Origin: Vicugna vicugna
Taxonomy: Eukaryota
Assembly: GCA_013265495.1 (NCBI GenBank)
Contig: MU058221.1
Span: forward strand, 3,100,001 to 3,164,000
DNA: 64,000 bases
Reading direction: 5' to 3'
Part shown: positions 10,207 through 23,525 of the stretch, one piece after another
Layout: every line of letters starts with the position of its first letter
Position numbering within the stretch: the first letter of the stretch is position 1
Position numbers and translations under genes: made by a program
Notes under the pieces: generated by a model
The model's database searches: none
What the model was told of the DNA's origin: nothing
The model's input: only the letters and a program-made list of their open reading frames with translations

Positions 10207-11949
10207 ACTGAGGCACAATGTGGAGCGTGTAAATACTGAGAAACGTTCATCAGCTATAGATTTCAATGCAGATCTCGTGGACAGATCTGGATTCTTCTAT
10301 ATCCTCCAGAAACGTAATGGAAACTCCTCCGTGCACTGAAAGAAATTACGCCCTTTCAAATATTAAATGTCATCTTTCGCAATGCCAAGCACCATTAAAT
10401 ATAAAGTTGGAAAAGTTTGCCGAGTTTTATTCCTCCCCTCCTTTTTTTTCATGCAGTTCACTCGTACACACATCTTACTTTGAGAGATGCCCTAAACCTT
10501 TATACAAGAGTTATTCCTTCTGCAGCTGGTGTAGAGATGTGACAGGCTGGACTACAGTGTTGATTGAAGAGTGGGATTTAGTGCGGCGAGATGTGTTTGT
10601 GCTTTTGGACTGCATGCTTCGTGGCTTTATGGAAGGATGCACGATTTCCCCGAACATTTTTCAGCAAAGCTGAGGCACAATGCATCTTAACAAACTCTGT
10701 CTGGCGAGGAAGACACAGCATGCTGGGACTTCCCTGAGGGCCCAATGCAAAAACATCTTGTGTCGAGGTTTCCAATCACAGCATCTCCCAACCTCCACGT
10801 AAACCAGCAGATCAAGTTTGCAAAGGACCTCGTGGGATGAGCCAACAGCGTCCTGAGGAAGAGGCAGGAAGGCTGAGCCTGGGTGCCCCTGGTTTACTGC
10901 TGGCAGTAAGAATTAATAATGGATGCGCTGAGCATGTATCATTTATCAGACCTGATCCTGGACCACACAAATCTACTGAGGTCACCAAAGCTGTCTTTTA
11001 TTTAAAGTCCGGAGCCCAGCCACTAGAAAAGAAAGAACTAAGTTAACTAGATGCTATATGGGAAGCACACAACTGTAAAAGCCTCTTTTCCTGGGGTAGA
11101 GTTTTTCTCAGCTGGATGTGTCAGCGAGCTCTCTTTCAGTGGGTGGGAGTGGGGAAGTGCAGACGGCCACCTGGTTCAGGAGGATGATCATTTAAGGTCA
11201 ATAGTGAGAAAATATAGGCACGTGATGTCATCAGAAGAGGACATAAATTTCCAAGCGAATTGTTACCTAACTTTCAGAACTTCTTTACATGAAATAGGGA
11301 AAAGAAATTTTACTTGAAGGAGAAAAAAAAAAAAAAAACGCTTCCTGGCCACAATGCCTGGTTCGTTGGCTCCCTAATGGGAGCTCTCTTAGCTTGAGAG
11401 AGCAGGGTTCAAATTAATTCCTTTCCCTACACCCTCTTCCATCTTCTCAAACACAAAAACAGCTCTTTCTGCAGGGTTCCCTTCACACTGCATTTATATC
11501 TCTTTATCTATCACTAGGTTGATGCAAGCTCAAAGCCAGGTCCATGCTTTTTATTTCCCTGTGTATCCCACGAACGTTCAGTCATGCAGTTTCCATATAA
11601 TAATTCATGCTGAATAAATGAAAGAAAAATGAAGTCATAATATGAGCACAGAGTATTTGCTCAAAGGGTTTGCCAAGTAAGAGTAAACATAGTAGTTCTT
11701 ATAAAGAGAAACGTGATGTAAATGAAACTGATTTCGAAGGGAAATCGTCATTTCCGCATATGGTAAAGCCTCAGAATTTTAAAGGCTTCTGGGAGGAAGA
11801 ACTCATTACACATATACCTGTTGTTTTAGGTTACTGGTTATGACCTGTGTGATACCACATTTTAGCCTTTCGTACTTAGGGCAGTGCTTATGTGACAACA
11901 AGGTAACTGTGTAAATTTTGTGACCGTGTCTACATTGTAGATCTAGTAG

Positions 11950-12080
11950 TTTCTTGATGGTCATGGATGATATTGAGGCTGAGAAGGTATGCGTCTTGCC
12001 CAAGGTCATCCAGATAGTGGTTGTTGTAACCAGAATTAAAGCTCAGTTCCACTGATTTCCAAAGATCCTTTTATCATAAC
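11950..12080 (+). mobile_element. MIR SINE fragment
   Basis: GATGATATTGAGGCTGAGAAGGT...CTTGCCCAAGGTCATCCAGATAGT...CCAGAATTAAA, a MIR core-like sequence. Confidence 0.65.
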
Positions 12081-13129
12081 AATAAGCCACTTTATCTGCC
12101 AGTAAGGGTTATTGACTGATGATTAACACACCTGAGTCATGAAAAGACCACTGATCAGAGGAGGATCGGTAAGGTGTAGAATCACACAAAATAATGAAGC
12201 TTAAAAATATTGCACCTTTTGTTTGTTACAGCTTATCCTCTGCCTTCTTGGAATCACTTAATGAGAATTTAGTGGTTTTTAAAATGGTAAAAATCCATGG
12301 CAAGGCAAATGATGAATACATTCGACTCTCTTCCTCATGTCACATCCCTGTTGATAACTGATTAATATTGGACATAAGTTCCCAAGTACAATATTCAAGA
12401 TGCTTAAAAGTTATGTATTGCCCTCTCCTTGGATAGGCTGTTAGATAAATTGTACAGATTTTGGTTCCTACCAGATGTATTGTAAGTCAGACTAATTACT
12501 GTTGTCATGATCACTAATCCACCTCTGAGATGAAGCTTCACCCAGGGGGTGATGACAACTGTTGTAAGCGACAGTGGGTTATTTGGCACACTCCCACATG
12601 GACACGTTTTTTAGCTCCTTGTGTATTTACTGGTGGAAATAATGCAGTTTGCTAATGACGGCGTTCTTTCCAGATGTGAAACACAATGTTTCCATGTGAG
12701 ATGTTTGAAATAACTACTTTTTCTTCATTGCAACTAGAAAAAACACGTTTGGGAAGGAATTGGACCAAATAAATTTAACCTGTCATTTATCCTATGTAAT
12801 ATCCAGTCATATGTGTGAGGCTGTATACGTAACCCTGAGCTCTGGGAATAGGAGGAAAGATAAAGAAGGGATAACACGTTCGGAGACAGAGAGTTGGCCA
12901 ATAGATTCTTTTCTGTAAACTAACATAAGTGTGCTGTTTCCTTGGTCTTCGTTAAGGGATATTTAGCTGACTCTGCACACACACAGCCATCCTTTAGTTA
13001 ATCCAGTTTCTTACTCAAGGCCAACTCTGGGTGGAGATCCATGGGTCGTGTTGTTACTGTTTGCTTGTTTGTTTTCAGTCCTTTCTCAGATCAAGTATCA
13101 ATTCCCCAGATAGGTATATGCACCCTTGT

Positions 13130-13545
13130 TAGTCACACACACTTTAGTGTGAATTATTACTGTGAATTTCACTGGTGGCATAAGACAGATGCCATAATGT
13201 GAATGACTGCAAGGCAACCCACGACAGGGGCAGAAGTGCTAAGACAACGAGACCGACTGAAGCTGAGGATGCAGTGTGTTACCGCAACCTGTTCTTCCTT
13301 CCAGATAAGAGTTATTGTGATAAGCCGTTGCGTGACGTACCATACTTCATAACAGCACAAGCCAGAGCAGAGCCTCGCTGCTTTTAACCCTCCTCAAAAG
13401 TAACTCACGCGGTCCCCCGTCGTACCGTTCTTTTCTGAAGCTCTCTAGGTGAGAAGTCCCATGGTGTGTGCTTTTCCTCATTGCAACACACCCAGCTGAA
13501 CGACATGTGTGTCCCTGGTTGTCTTTGGCTGGAGGGCACTGACTG
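13130..13545 (+). mobile_element. Old LTR (probably ERVL class)
   Basis: LTR-like 3' end TGTGTGTCCCTGGTTGTCTTTGGCTGGAGGGCACTGAC and upstream GAGAAGTCCCATGGTGTGTG...CCTCATTGCAAC; the subfamily and the 5' boundary are uncertain. Confidence 0.45.
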
Positions 13546-14427
13546 AGCCGTACGTAGACGCTTGCTTTGAAGATAATTTACAGTGAATACAGGAGTTCTG
13601 CGTTCTATTTAGAGGTGGGGAGGAGAGGGTAACAGCAGGTTTTGAAGCAGAGATGGACGAACATGAAAGGATGACAGACTTCCCAGACTGTCAAGTGTCG
13701 GGCCTTCCTGAATCTTCACCAGCCTCTGTGATGCGTGTCCTGATGCCGAGGCAGACGTGATATTTTGTGCCCACGGTACACGACAGTTTTAATATTTCAA
13801 GAAAACCCTGTGACTCCTTTTTAATAAGCTTGGTAATGAATTTAAAATGTTTTGCTTTAATAATATATTTTGGTTTTTGCTTAGGGCACATTGGCAATTT
13901 ACAGAAGTCACATGTGCTCACAGTGAATGCAATGCTGTTTGCAGTTGACAAAGACAGCGGCCTGCCTTTTTTTTTTTTTTTCTTTCTCATTTCTTCACTC
14001 TGAATATGAATTTGTCAGTGCTTGTTTACAGACACATGCTGTGTGCTTCAGACCTCCCACTGGCTCACTGATGCGTTAGATCTCTGAGATAAGGGGGGAT
14101 AATGAGGAAGAGCAAGATGAGATAAATGTAACCCTGAAGATGATGAAAGAAGCACAGAGACTCAAAGCTATGACGGCCCTCAGTTAATGGTCTCCCGTGC
14201 TTTGAATTCTGCCTTTCTCTGTGACTAGAGACCATTCTGAAGCTGAAGCCAAGAATCAATTTGAGAAACGGATGAAAATGGATATAAAGAGGTCATAGAA
14301 AGACGTAACTAAATTACCGTAAAGGAGAGAAATACGGAAAAGAAACCAAGATGATACATAGGAAAGAGACGAAAGATGGAAATCACTGGTAGTTTCTTAT
14401 TTCTGTAGTAACAGCCTAGTTGAGCGT

Positions 14428-14965
14428 GACGCGGTGGTTCTAAGTCGTAACATTATTTGATCTCCCTTTGAAGAAGCGCCTTCTGTGTTTCCTCCCCTTG
14501 AACTTGGTCATGTATTTTTGTTTTTGCTTGTTTTTGTGACTATCTCAATATACAGATTTCAGTGAAAGCGATGCTGTGTGACATGGGAAGTCAAGCTGGA
14601 AAAGGCCACGTAGCACCTGCTGATTTGGGAACAGCCACTCTTGGAGCCTTCAACAGACACTCAAGAAGCCCGACTATGGCCAGGAGGCCGCGGGAAGGGC
14701 CTCCAGGAAAAGACGACAGAGAGACAGAGAGGCAGCCCCGCTGTCTGAGACCCAGCTGTTCCAGACCGCCCAGCCGCCTCTGGAACGTGGGGTGCAGCCC
14801 GCAGCCTCCGGTGACCTCAGACTGCCCAACGCTTGAGGGACTCAAGGTAAGGACGACCTGCTGAGCTGAGCCAGCGCCCGGGCTGTCGTGAGAAGGTCAC
14901 ACGTGCTCTTGTTTCCCACGCCGCCGGGGACGGGCCTGCTGCTCGGCCGCAGGTGACTGCAGCGC
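14428..14965 (+). mobile_element. MaLR MLT1-type LTR with a strongly GC-shifted 3' half
   Basis: CCTCCCCTTGAACTTGG, GTGAAAGCGATGCTGTGTGAC, CTCTTGGAGCC, CCTGCTGAGCTGAGCCAG follow MLT1 LTR order. Confidence 0.7.
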
Positions 14966-15321
14966 GAGGCGTGCTGAGCGCCCGTCCCCGGGCTGGCCTT
15001 GGGTGATGCGTGGCCTGTCTCTCCTCTTTTCCTTGGAAACGTTTTCGTTCAAACTCAGGACCAGATATCCAAAGACATAATTCATTTCCTAAAATTTACG
15101 TTTTCCACAATTATAAACTAGGCACAAAAATATCTTCTCTGCCTACCTAATACTGTTGAAGGGGCTCAAGTGATGTGAAATATTTGGCTGTTTTATTGGC
15201 TCAACAAGGAAGCGCCATGCAAATGTGTAGTTGGGATCATTTGTAGGAGTCATAACAGTAGCTAATGTTTATCCAACATAATATATTCCGCAGACTCTCC
15301 TAAGTGCTTTACTCATCACAG

Positions 15322-15545
15322 AGTCAGCCTGTGATGACCCCTGGTGACCCCGACCACTGATGTTCACGCGTTTGTACGATGCCCTTTCCTTGAGTGTGGG
15401 CTCGCCCACCCCCCCCAGCTTGACTTGGAGGAAGAGCATATGGCAAAGCGATGAGATGACTCCCCTAATTAGGTCATAAAAGACTGACTCAGTCTTCCTC
15501 ACAGATTCTCTCTCTTTTTCCCTGGCTTTTCTTCATAGAAGGACC
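15322..15545 (+). mobile_element. MaLR MLT1E/F-like LTR 5' fragment
   Basis: CCCTTTCCTTGAGTGTGGGC, ATATGGCAAAGCGATGAGATG, ATTAGGTCATAAAAGACTG. Confidence 0.6.
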
Positions 15546-15934
15546 TGATGGTGCCGACATGAACCCACAGTGCCTCAGGGTGATGGGGTGGTAGGGACCA
15601 CTTCTTCCCAAAGCTGGGTAATAAATGAGAATTCATCCTTAGTGTTTGCAGTGCAGATAGCCCATTTACTACCATCTGGTCAACACTCTGTAATGTTCTC
15701 TGAGGCAAAATATTCTTTGAAAACATTTTTGCAAAATAGCACAACTCAGCTTTTCTGTTATGTAAAGCCCGTCTTAGTAGTAATGAGTTTCTCCCAATAA
15801 AAAGTAAGTGTAACTTAGGTAAAAGCATTTTTGTTACCTTTCTTTCTCATTTCATCTCTCTTTTTCTGATTTGTTTTGTTTTTTAATCTTTGGAAAGCAT
15901 CCATGGCAGGCACCTCAAGGTACAACTGCTGTCT

Positions 15935-16333
15935 TATAACCATACACTGAGGACACACACTTTACTGTTATTCCCAGTGTCCAGCTCTCCCTGCGTCATG
16001 GGCACATGGAAAACTATACTCACTGTCCCATAGGATCCAAAGTGGATGGGAATGACATGTGTCACTTCCAGGCGGAGTCAATAAAAAACCTCTGCGCCTC
16101 TCTTCTGTCTCTTTCTTCCCGTGCCCTGGGGACCATGGAAGCATTGTGCTGAGATGCTAAACCAACAGGTCAAGTGGCTTGGGCGGTCTTGTCATTGCAC
16201 GGAGAAGACCTGCCACACAGTTTCCCTCGGATGCACCCTGAGCTTATCATGAGCAAAATACACTTAGTGCTGAGTCCCTGAGGTACACGCATTTGCAAAT
16301 ATCACAGCACCTTCCAGTTTATTCTAAGTGACA
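15935..16333 (+). mobile_element. Old MLT1 (J/K-like) LTR
   Basis: GGGCACATGG, GGAATGACATGTGTCACTTCCAGGC, CATGGAAGCA...TGAGATG, TGAGCAAAATACACTT. Confidence 0.55.
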
Positions 16334-18334
16334 ACAGTGGTAAGCATGAGGATGAAGGTTTATGCAGGAAAGATAGTGTTGAAATTGTCCTCCTTCCAAA
16401 AGCATTGCTGAGCTTCAGTAGCAGACCTGGATGCGGACGGCTTTCTTTCTTCCCAGCTTCTTATTGGGGTGGGGGACAACTCTACTAGTTAAATAACTTA
16501 GTTGCCTTTGTTTCCTTTTGTTTTGTTTTGTATTTTGTAACTACAAGCACTTCAAAGTAATTTTATACAATTAATATGTGTTACAGAATAACACAATATA
16601 ACACATAAATGTTTATCTCATTATTCACTTGCCCTGGACACCTATCTTCATCCAAATGACGACCCAGACGCATAACTCGAGTCTGCATTGTCATTGGAGG
16701 ATGCACTGGGCTAGATGACCTTGACCCCATCACTGAAACACACGAAGTCTCCTTACTTCACAGGGCAGTCTTCCCTGTTCTAGAATAGACTCGCTTTACT
16801 TTTCTCACTATGCTGGAAGCATGGAGACAAAAACATTGCCCAACCTATTTGAATAATGCTATTCTACAATGTGGAAAAAAATTACATGCTACTCTTTTTT
16901 ATGCCAGAATGATGTGTGCTTTGCTACTTTCACTAGATAAATGTAAGAACTGTCAAAGGACAAAGTTGCAAAGCAAAATAAACTGTTTGCTCCTTTCTTT
17001 GCCTGTCTCAGGTCCAATAGCTTTTCAGATTTAGTTTCCATTTATTAGAACAGAATGGAATTACTTATTCGAATTTCTTAGCACCCTTATATAAGGCCAG
17101 TGAGCAAGTGTCATTGTGTTTGGTAGATCAGTTTATCCACTGCTCCCTGAAAATATGCTGGAGTTCCCAAATAAAAGTAAATATCCCGGTTGTTTAATCA
17201 TATCAAGTGAATCTATGCCTTTTGATAGAAGTCATCAATTCAAAATGAGATAATAAATCTTACAAGTTGGACAGTCTATCCGATTAGTTAGATTTTTATT
17301 TTCCTAAACTCACATTTCAAATTAATGGGCATGAATTCACCACTTACACAACCTACTGATAGAATCTTATCAACATAACGCACCTACATTATTAAAGTTC
17401 TACCAAAGCCTAAAATGGAAAGGACAGACATGAATAATCATTTAACATTCATTCTGAAGACAAAGGTTTCCATTGCAATAGGGACGTTTCCCTGTTGTTT
17501 TATTTTCACTTTAACAAAGAAGCACCTTGAAATATTTTAATCAGTCATGTGCACATCAACGTAATGCTTCAACATGTCTTCATTATTGAGACACAAAAGT
17601 GTGCATTTATCTTTCTCTTGACTATTACCTTTTATAGTCCAAAAAAAAAAAAAAAGCCTGCACAAAATGCAGAACATGCCATTCAATTCAACAAATATGT
17701 ACCGAGGACTGATCAGTGACGGGTACTGGGGTCTTCAGGGCTCCCCAGGCAGTCTTGATATTATCATCACATATCTCGATCCACTGAATGCTTCAATTTG
17801 ATTAAATCAATTAAAATCACTTTGGGGGAGAATATACTTTACTTCCTCACCACTGCGAGTCTGTGAACTTTCCAAGAACAGTCATGTTTTCTTCATAGAC
17901 ATGATGTCTCACCTAGTTCCTTTTATGAAGCACGAGTGTCAAAAAGTGTTTATTGAAAGAATAATGAGTTGATGTCTTCTTGTGTTAATATCCAAATGAT
18001 GAAGAGGAAGTTTAAAACATGAATGCAGGGGGTGACTAACGATCCCACGATCATGGGGTAGCCGGTTATCTTGAGAAAGTAAATACCAAAAGATACATAA
18101 TTCTTCAAGAATGCTTTGTATGGGTTTGGCATTCATACCCACTGTTGTGTTGAGTGAACTCTCCAGCCAGGAATTGCTCAGTACTCTTCCACTCAAACAA
18201 CAAACTTTGAAACATGAGTTAATATTCATGCATTTTCAGTAAGTAAAGATGTAAGAATCAGACATAATGGGATAATATGCTTATTTTGTTTATAAAGGTT
18301 AACTTCTGGTGACATAAATAAAATTAAAGAAAAA

Positions 18335-18890
18335 AATGTGTCCATCAGTAAATGAATGGATAAAGAAAATGTGATAAACATATAATCAAATACTATTCAG
18401 CCATAAATAGAACGAAACCCTGCCATTGGCAGCAACATGGATAGAACTTGAAGGCATTATGCTAAGCAAAATGTCAGACAGAAAAAGACAGATCCTCTGT
18501 GACCTCACTTGTATGTGGAATCTAAAAAACCTGAGGGAAGAAGGATTGCTTTCGGGGGCTAAGAGGTGGCAGAAATATAGGGAGATGTTGGTCTAAGGTG
18601 CACCTTACAGTTAGAAGGTGAGTAAGTTCTGGGCGTCTAATGTGTAGCGTGGTGACTGTGGTTAGCGATGCTATGATGTTTACTTCAAGGTTGCTAAGAG
18701 AGTAGATTTTCAATGTTCCTCACCACAGAAAAATCAAAATGGTAATTATATGAAGTGATGTGTTAACTAACCTTATTGTAACAATCATTTCACAATTCAT
18801 ATCTATAGCAAATTAAAAGATTTTGCACCTTAAAATTACACAATGTTATATGTCCCTTATATCTTAATAAAGCTGGAAAAAAAATAAGGA
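18335..18890 (+). mobile_element. Older L1 (L1MA/MB-like) ORF2 end plus 3' UTR
   Basis: TGTCCATCAGTAAATGAATGGATAAAGAAAATGTG, GCAACATGGATAGAACTTGAAGGCATTATGCTAAG, GTGGAATCTAAAAAA and terminal AATAAAGCTGGAAAAAAA. Confidence 0.88.
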
Positions 18891-19692
18891 ATCACAAGGA
18901 AAGAAAAAAAAAAGCCTGAAATCGTGATAACGGTAATCTTTTGGAGAAACAAAAAAAGGGGACATGAAAAAGCTTTGCATTGTCCAGATAATGTTTTATT
19001 TCTTGACGTAGGTGGCACTTAATGGGTGTGCTTGCTTTGCGATTGTTTATCCACACAGTCATTCTTTGTCTGCTTTTCTCTGAGTGAATTTTATGTCTAA
19101 AGTTTATTTGCAAAGAGGATAGAGAGAAATATGCATTCTTAAGGTGAAAGACGATGAGTTCCGTTTTAAATATGCTGACGTTGAAATGCCAGTCGTGAAG
19201 GTGCCCAGTAAATAATTAGGTATATACCTTGGTAGCCCTGGGAAGTACACTGGAATAGAGATTAAGATCTTGAGAGCTATCAAGACAAAGTTCCATTAAA
19301 ACTGAGAAAATGGCTAAGAATTTATGACTAGGAAGCATGGCCAGAACAAAACCCGGGAATGCCGTCAGCAGTGCAATTAGTGAAAAGGGTCTTTTGGTTT
19401 GGAGGTGTCTTTGTGCATCTCCCGGGTCAGGAGGCAAGATGAGTGGTCAGGCGCAAAACTCAGCCCAGTCGAGAGTAACGACTGGACATCAGTTTACAAT
19501 GACTGACTCTGTTGACGAATCTTGGCTTTGTACATGCAGAACGTACGGAAAGAGAAATTCCTTAAGAAGCTGGGAGGGTAAACGTTGCTGTGTTGGACAC
19601 TGCGATGTATCTCTTAGGTCCCCTTTAAAAGTGAAAGGGTTTTTTCTCTAGCAGCTGACAGTGCTGTGTGTAGACAGCCTTGAGTTTTTGGC

Positions 19693-19967
19693 TTTTTTTT
19701 ATTGAAGTACAGTCAGTTACATTGTGTCTATCTCTGGTGTGCAGCACAATGTCCCAGCCATGCATACAGATACACACATTCATTTTCATATTTTTCCCAT
19801 TAAAGGTTATTACAAGATACTGAACACAGTTCCCTGTGCTATACAAATAAAACAAAAAAAAACTTTAAAAAAATCTATTTTTATATATAGTGGCTAACAT
19901 TTGTAAATCTCAAACTCCCAAATTTATTCCTTTCCCGGGTCACCATAGATTGTTTGCCAAGTCTGCA
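19693..19967 (-). mobile_element. L1 3'-end fragment
   Basis: T-tract followed by ATTGAAGTACAGTCAGTTACA; homologous to the 4774, 9795 and 36984 copies. Confidence 0.85.
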
Positions 19968-19974
19968 AACTTAA

Positions 19975-20287
19975 TCCTTCACAAGGATGTCCCTAGTTGA
20001 AGAGAAGTGTCTCAACCAAGTTCACACCTCCTTCCAAACATCTGCACATGTTGCCTGATCACTGTGACGCCCCCAGGCTCCATGCCCCAACTCAGGACAC
20101 GTTAGACGTCATCTCAGCTTCGGAACTCCCCACAGGGCTGGTTTAGGCCTCCCGGGATGGGACCGCATGACAGCTCAACTTTGCCTTCTGCCCAGCCCTG
20201 CTTTCTTCTCTCAGCAGACCCCCCAAAGACCTCTGCATGCTCATCTACATCTCGGAGGGTGTTTCCCCAGAAACCTAAAGTGTGACA
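19975..20287 (+). mobile_element. ERVL LTR16-like LTR
   Basis: GTTCACACCTCCTTCC, CAGCTCAACTTTGCCTTCTGCCCAGCCCTGCTTT and terminal TTTCCCCAGAAACCTAAAGTGTGACA. Confidence 0.65.
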
Positions 20288-22969
20288 GTTGCCCAGTGCT
20301 GCAGATACACGAACTGCAGATGTATATTCTAATCTAGCCACAAAGTGATCTTTAATGGCGCTTTTGAGCACGGTTTCAGGGGTGAAACGGTATGTTAAGA
20401 AGCCTCGCTCTACTGTACCAAAGAGACGGAGAAAAGTGGGAATAGCTGAGCAGCAGGAGAGACAAAAAGATAACGGGATTCTATCTCTAAGGCAGCTCAA
20501 TGTTGTGGAATCCAGAGAATAGCGTAAGGGGGTAAATTTAGGTAAAATGAAAGATCTGCTATGTTACATGAAGAAGAGACGGAGAAAAAGACAGGCTGAG
20601 CTACAGTTACGTGTACGTCAGGGGCGAGTTGCTCAGGGAGTGCTCCTGAAAATCGCCTTGTTCTCCTTGTGGTGAGAAGAGCAGCCAAACCTCCCTGAGA
20701 AGACTTGGCAGTTGGCAATGAGGGTATGGTTGGGTGTTTGTTTGTTGTAATTACCCAAGCAAAGCATAGAATAAGGCAAATATGTGTGTCTGTCCCAATG
20801 TTTGCATCGGTCCAAGGGCAGGAAGGCCATGGGACTGCGGGTTTCAAGTTGCTAGCAGATGCGAATTTAAAATTACAGACTGAGAATTCCACACTGCGTA
20901 AACAGAGGCGTTAAGAACTTAAGAGCGGTGGCTAGACTGGAAGCACAGAAAGAAAGGGGGTCAGGCCCTCTGCATCAGGCAATTAATGAAGCAGGGTAAA
21001 GGGAGCAAGAAAATAGAGGGACACAGTCAGAAGATGTGTTATTGTCGGAACCGAAGTACACGGGGGCTTGAGCTTGAAAGACTGCGGTCAGGCTGTGACA
21101 TGGTAATTAGGTGTTTGAGAAGCACGGGGATTCCGAATGATAACAGGGTCCCGGGTAGTGTTGACAGAGTGAAGGTTACAAACATCGTGCCCGTTAAAGA
21201 CCTGAAACACAGGGATTTTGGACAGATTACCTCCAAAGGGACTGGAACCATGAGACAATCAGGACGGAACTAGATATTTGAAATAAACCCTGAGTCTGTC
21301 GTCAATATGCTCAACACATATCTGGGAGGGACCAGAGGTTTAAATAGGTGGTAATGATGAAGTGATGAGTCGTCACAGTGATGTGGTTGCGTGGAAACAG
21401 TTAGCTTCCAAGATATAAATATTTGTAGCATTTTTGAAGGAGAAACATGCTGACACATGTTTTGATCCAGTGGTCCCGGAGGAATGGACAGTATTCTATT
21501 AAAATGACTGCAGTTGAAACAAAATAATAAAGGGACAATTGATAAACGGTGCGATGACACGTGGGAATATGTATGTTGCACAGGAGAGGCCCAGAGAGCG
21601 AGGGGAGAAGCAGGCAGCTTGGGACACGGTGGGGGGAACCTCTGAACAGTCCAGGGATGCGAGTCCAGAGAGGCTGTGATTGTAAGCCCTGAAGGTGAGC
21701 GGTAACAGCGATGGCAGAAGGTGACGCGCCACTGGGTTAATTGGCTTCACTGACTCTGAACAGGACCTTAGAACCCTGGTGTGATGTTTATTCAGTGTTG
21801 TTAAGGTCCCTGTGATTTCAAGCTTATGGTGATACTAACAGCTACTAAATTCGTACCTATTTGTTGCATTAAATGTGCTGCATTTGTAAAATGCTAGTAA
21901 CGTTTTAATCTAATCAGTACAAAGCTTTGCATTGGGATAAAAAGGGGTCATGTGCATCGATCACTTTAGCTGTTTTGATAACATTCTGCTATGATTTATC
22001 TGTGTATCCACCTAGCTAGTTACCTGTCTGTTTAAGGTGGCGCAGGAGACCATGCTTATAGCTGAAATCAGATGATTTGCCTTTAATCGAATTCCTGATA
22101 TATTCCAGTTTAAATCTACTGTCTTACGACAAATCTATTCCTTGATCATCTATTCGATCTATTACTTTCTAATACATTTTTGTATTTATCTTATGTTCTA
22201 TATTCACAAATCTCTCTTTTCATAACTTGTCTTGGGTAAATGAATTATTAATACATCACTCTGCCTATCTCCCTCAATTATTTTATTCGTTGTACATCCT
22301 CACGTTTTTATCGAAGTGGTTACCCTAGCTAGTAACAAAATATATACTCAGTGTTAACATAGATCAGTCTTTTATTCACCTTTCAAAAATGTAAGTTCTA
22401 AGAAAATTTTAATTTGTTTATTCCCCTTCTGCTCAGTGTTCTGTTATCACCATGCATCTTAATTCTGTATATGTTAGGATCCCATAAAAAGTAATTGTTA
22501 TTGTTTCACATTGTCCGTGTTATATCAGATGTACCCTGTGGATATCCCTTCCTCCACTCCTGCTTCCACCTGCATCTCCAAGTTGATCATCACGAGTCGT
22601 CTTCCTTCTGCTTGAAGCACGTTTAGGTAGAGGTTGCGTGTGTGCATGCGTGTGTGCCTCGTCATTAAAACCTCATGCTTATTGTGTATCTGAAAAGCTC
22701 TTCTTGCAATCCTCATTAAATTTTTTTTTCATAATAGAATATTTTCTGGTTTCTTTATTTGTATTGGAAATTTAGCACTGAGTCTTTTTCTTCTTTTGAA
22801 GATTACACTTTTCCGTCCTTTGGCTACTTTTAACATTCTGTGGTTTTCTTTGTCTTTCTCGTGTTTAAGGATGTTGCACTTCTTGGATCTGTGGCTTGGT
22901 GTATTTTCTCAGTCTTTCATTATTTATTCTATCATCTGCTTTTTTTGCTCACTCTCCTTCTGGGATTTC

Positions 22970-23038
22970 GTGTGTGTGTGTGTGTGTGTGTATGTGTGTA
23001 TACATATATAAATACATATATATATATGTATATTTATA
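22970..23038. repeat. (GT)n/(TA)n compound microsatellite
   Basis: Read directly from the sequence. Confidence 0.9.
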
Positions 23039-23377
23039 GATTGCTCTCTCCCCCTGTATTTTTACACTCGTTCCTACATTTTTAATTTTTTGATCATTCT
23101 TCAGTCAGCATGTTTTCTTCTGTTATGTCACTCAACCCACTAATTCTCTTAATTTTTAATTTGCTGTGAAACTCATTTCAGCCGCTTAATTTTTTATAGC
23201 ACTAGAATTTTTCCACTGATTTTATCATGTCCAGTTCATTCCAATAATTTGGCTTCCTTTCATTTCTTTAATATTTCTTTCAGCTTTCAAAAAATTTCAT
23301 GTCAGATATTTGTAAGTGTCCTATCCTTTCATTCTTATTTTGGTCAATTCTTATTATTTTTAATCTTGATTATTATT

Positions 23378-23525
23378 TTTTTTGTTGTTTTTGTTTGTTT
23401 GCTTGGGGGAGAGGTAATTAGGTTTATTTATTTACTGATTTATTTTAATGGAGGCACTGGGGATTGAACCCAGGACGTCAGGCATGCTAAGCACACACTT
23501 TGCCACTGAGCTCTACCCTCCCCCC
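23378..23525 (-). mobile_element. tRNA-derived SINE (camelid Vic-1-like)
   Basis: Reverse complement reads GGGGGAGGGTAGAGCTCAGTGGCAAAG...CCTGGGTTCAATCCCCAGTGCCTCC (Pol III A/B boxes); TSD TTAATCTTG(A/G)TTATTATT at 23360-23377 and 23526-23543. Confidence 0.92.

Noticed and set aside
12549..12680. Possible C/D-box snoRNA (GTGATGA)
   Set aside because: No suitably placed CTGA D box or terminal stem was seen.
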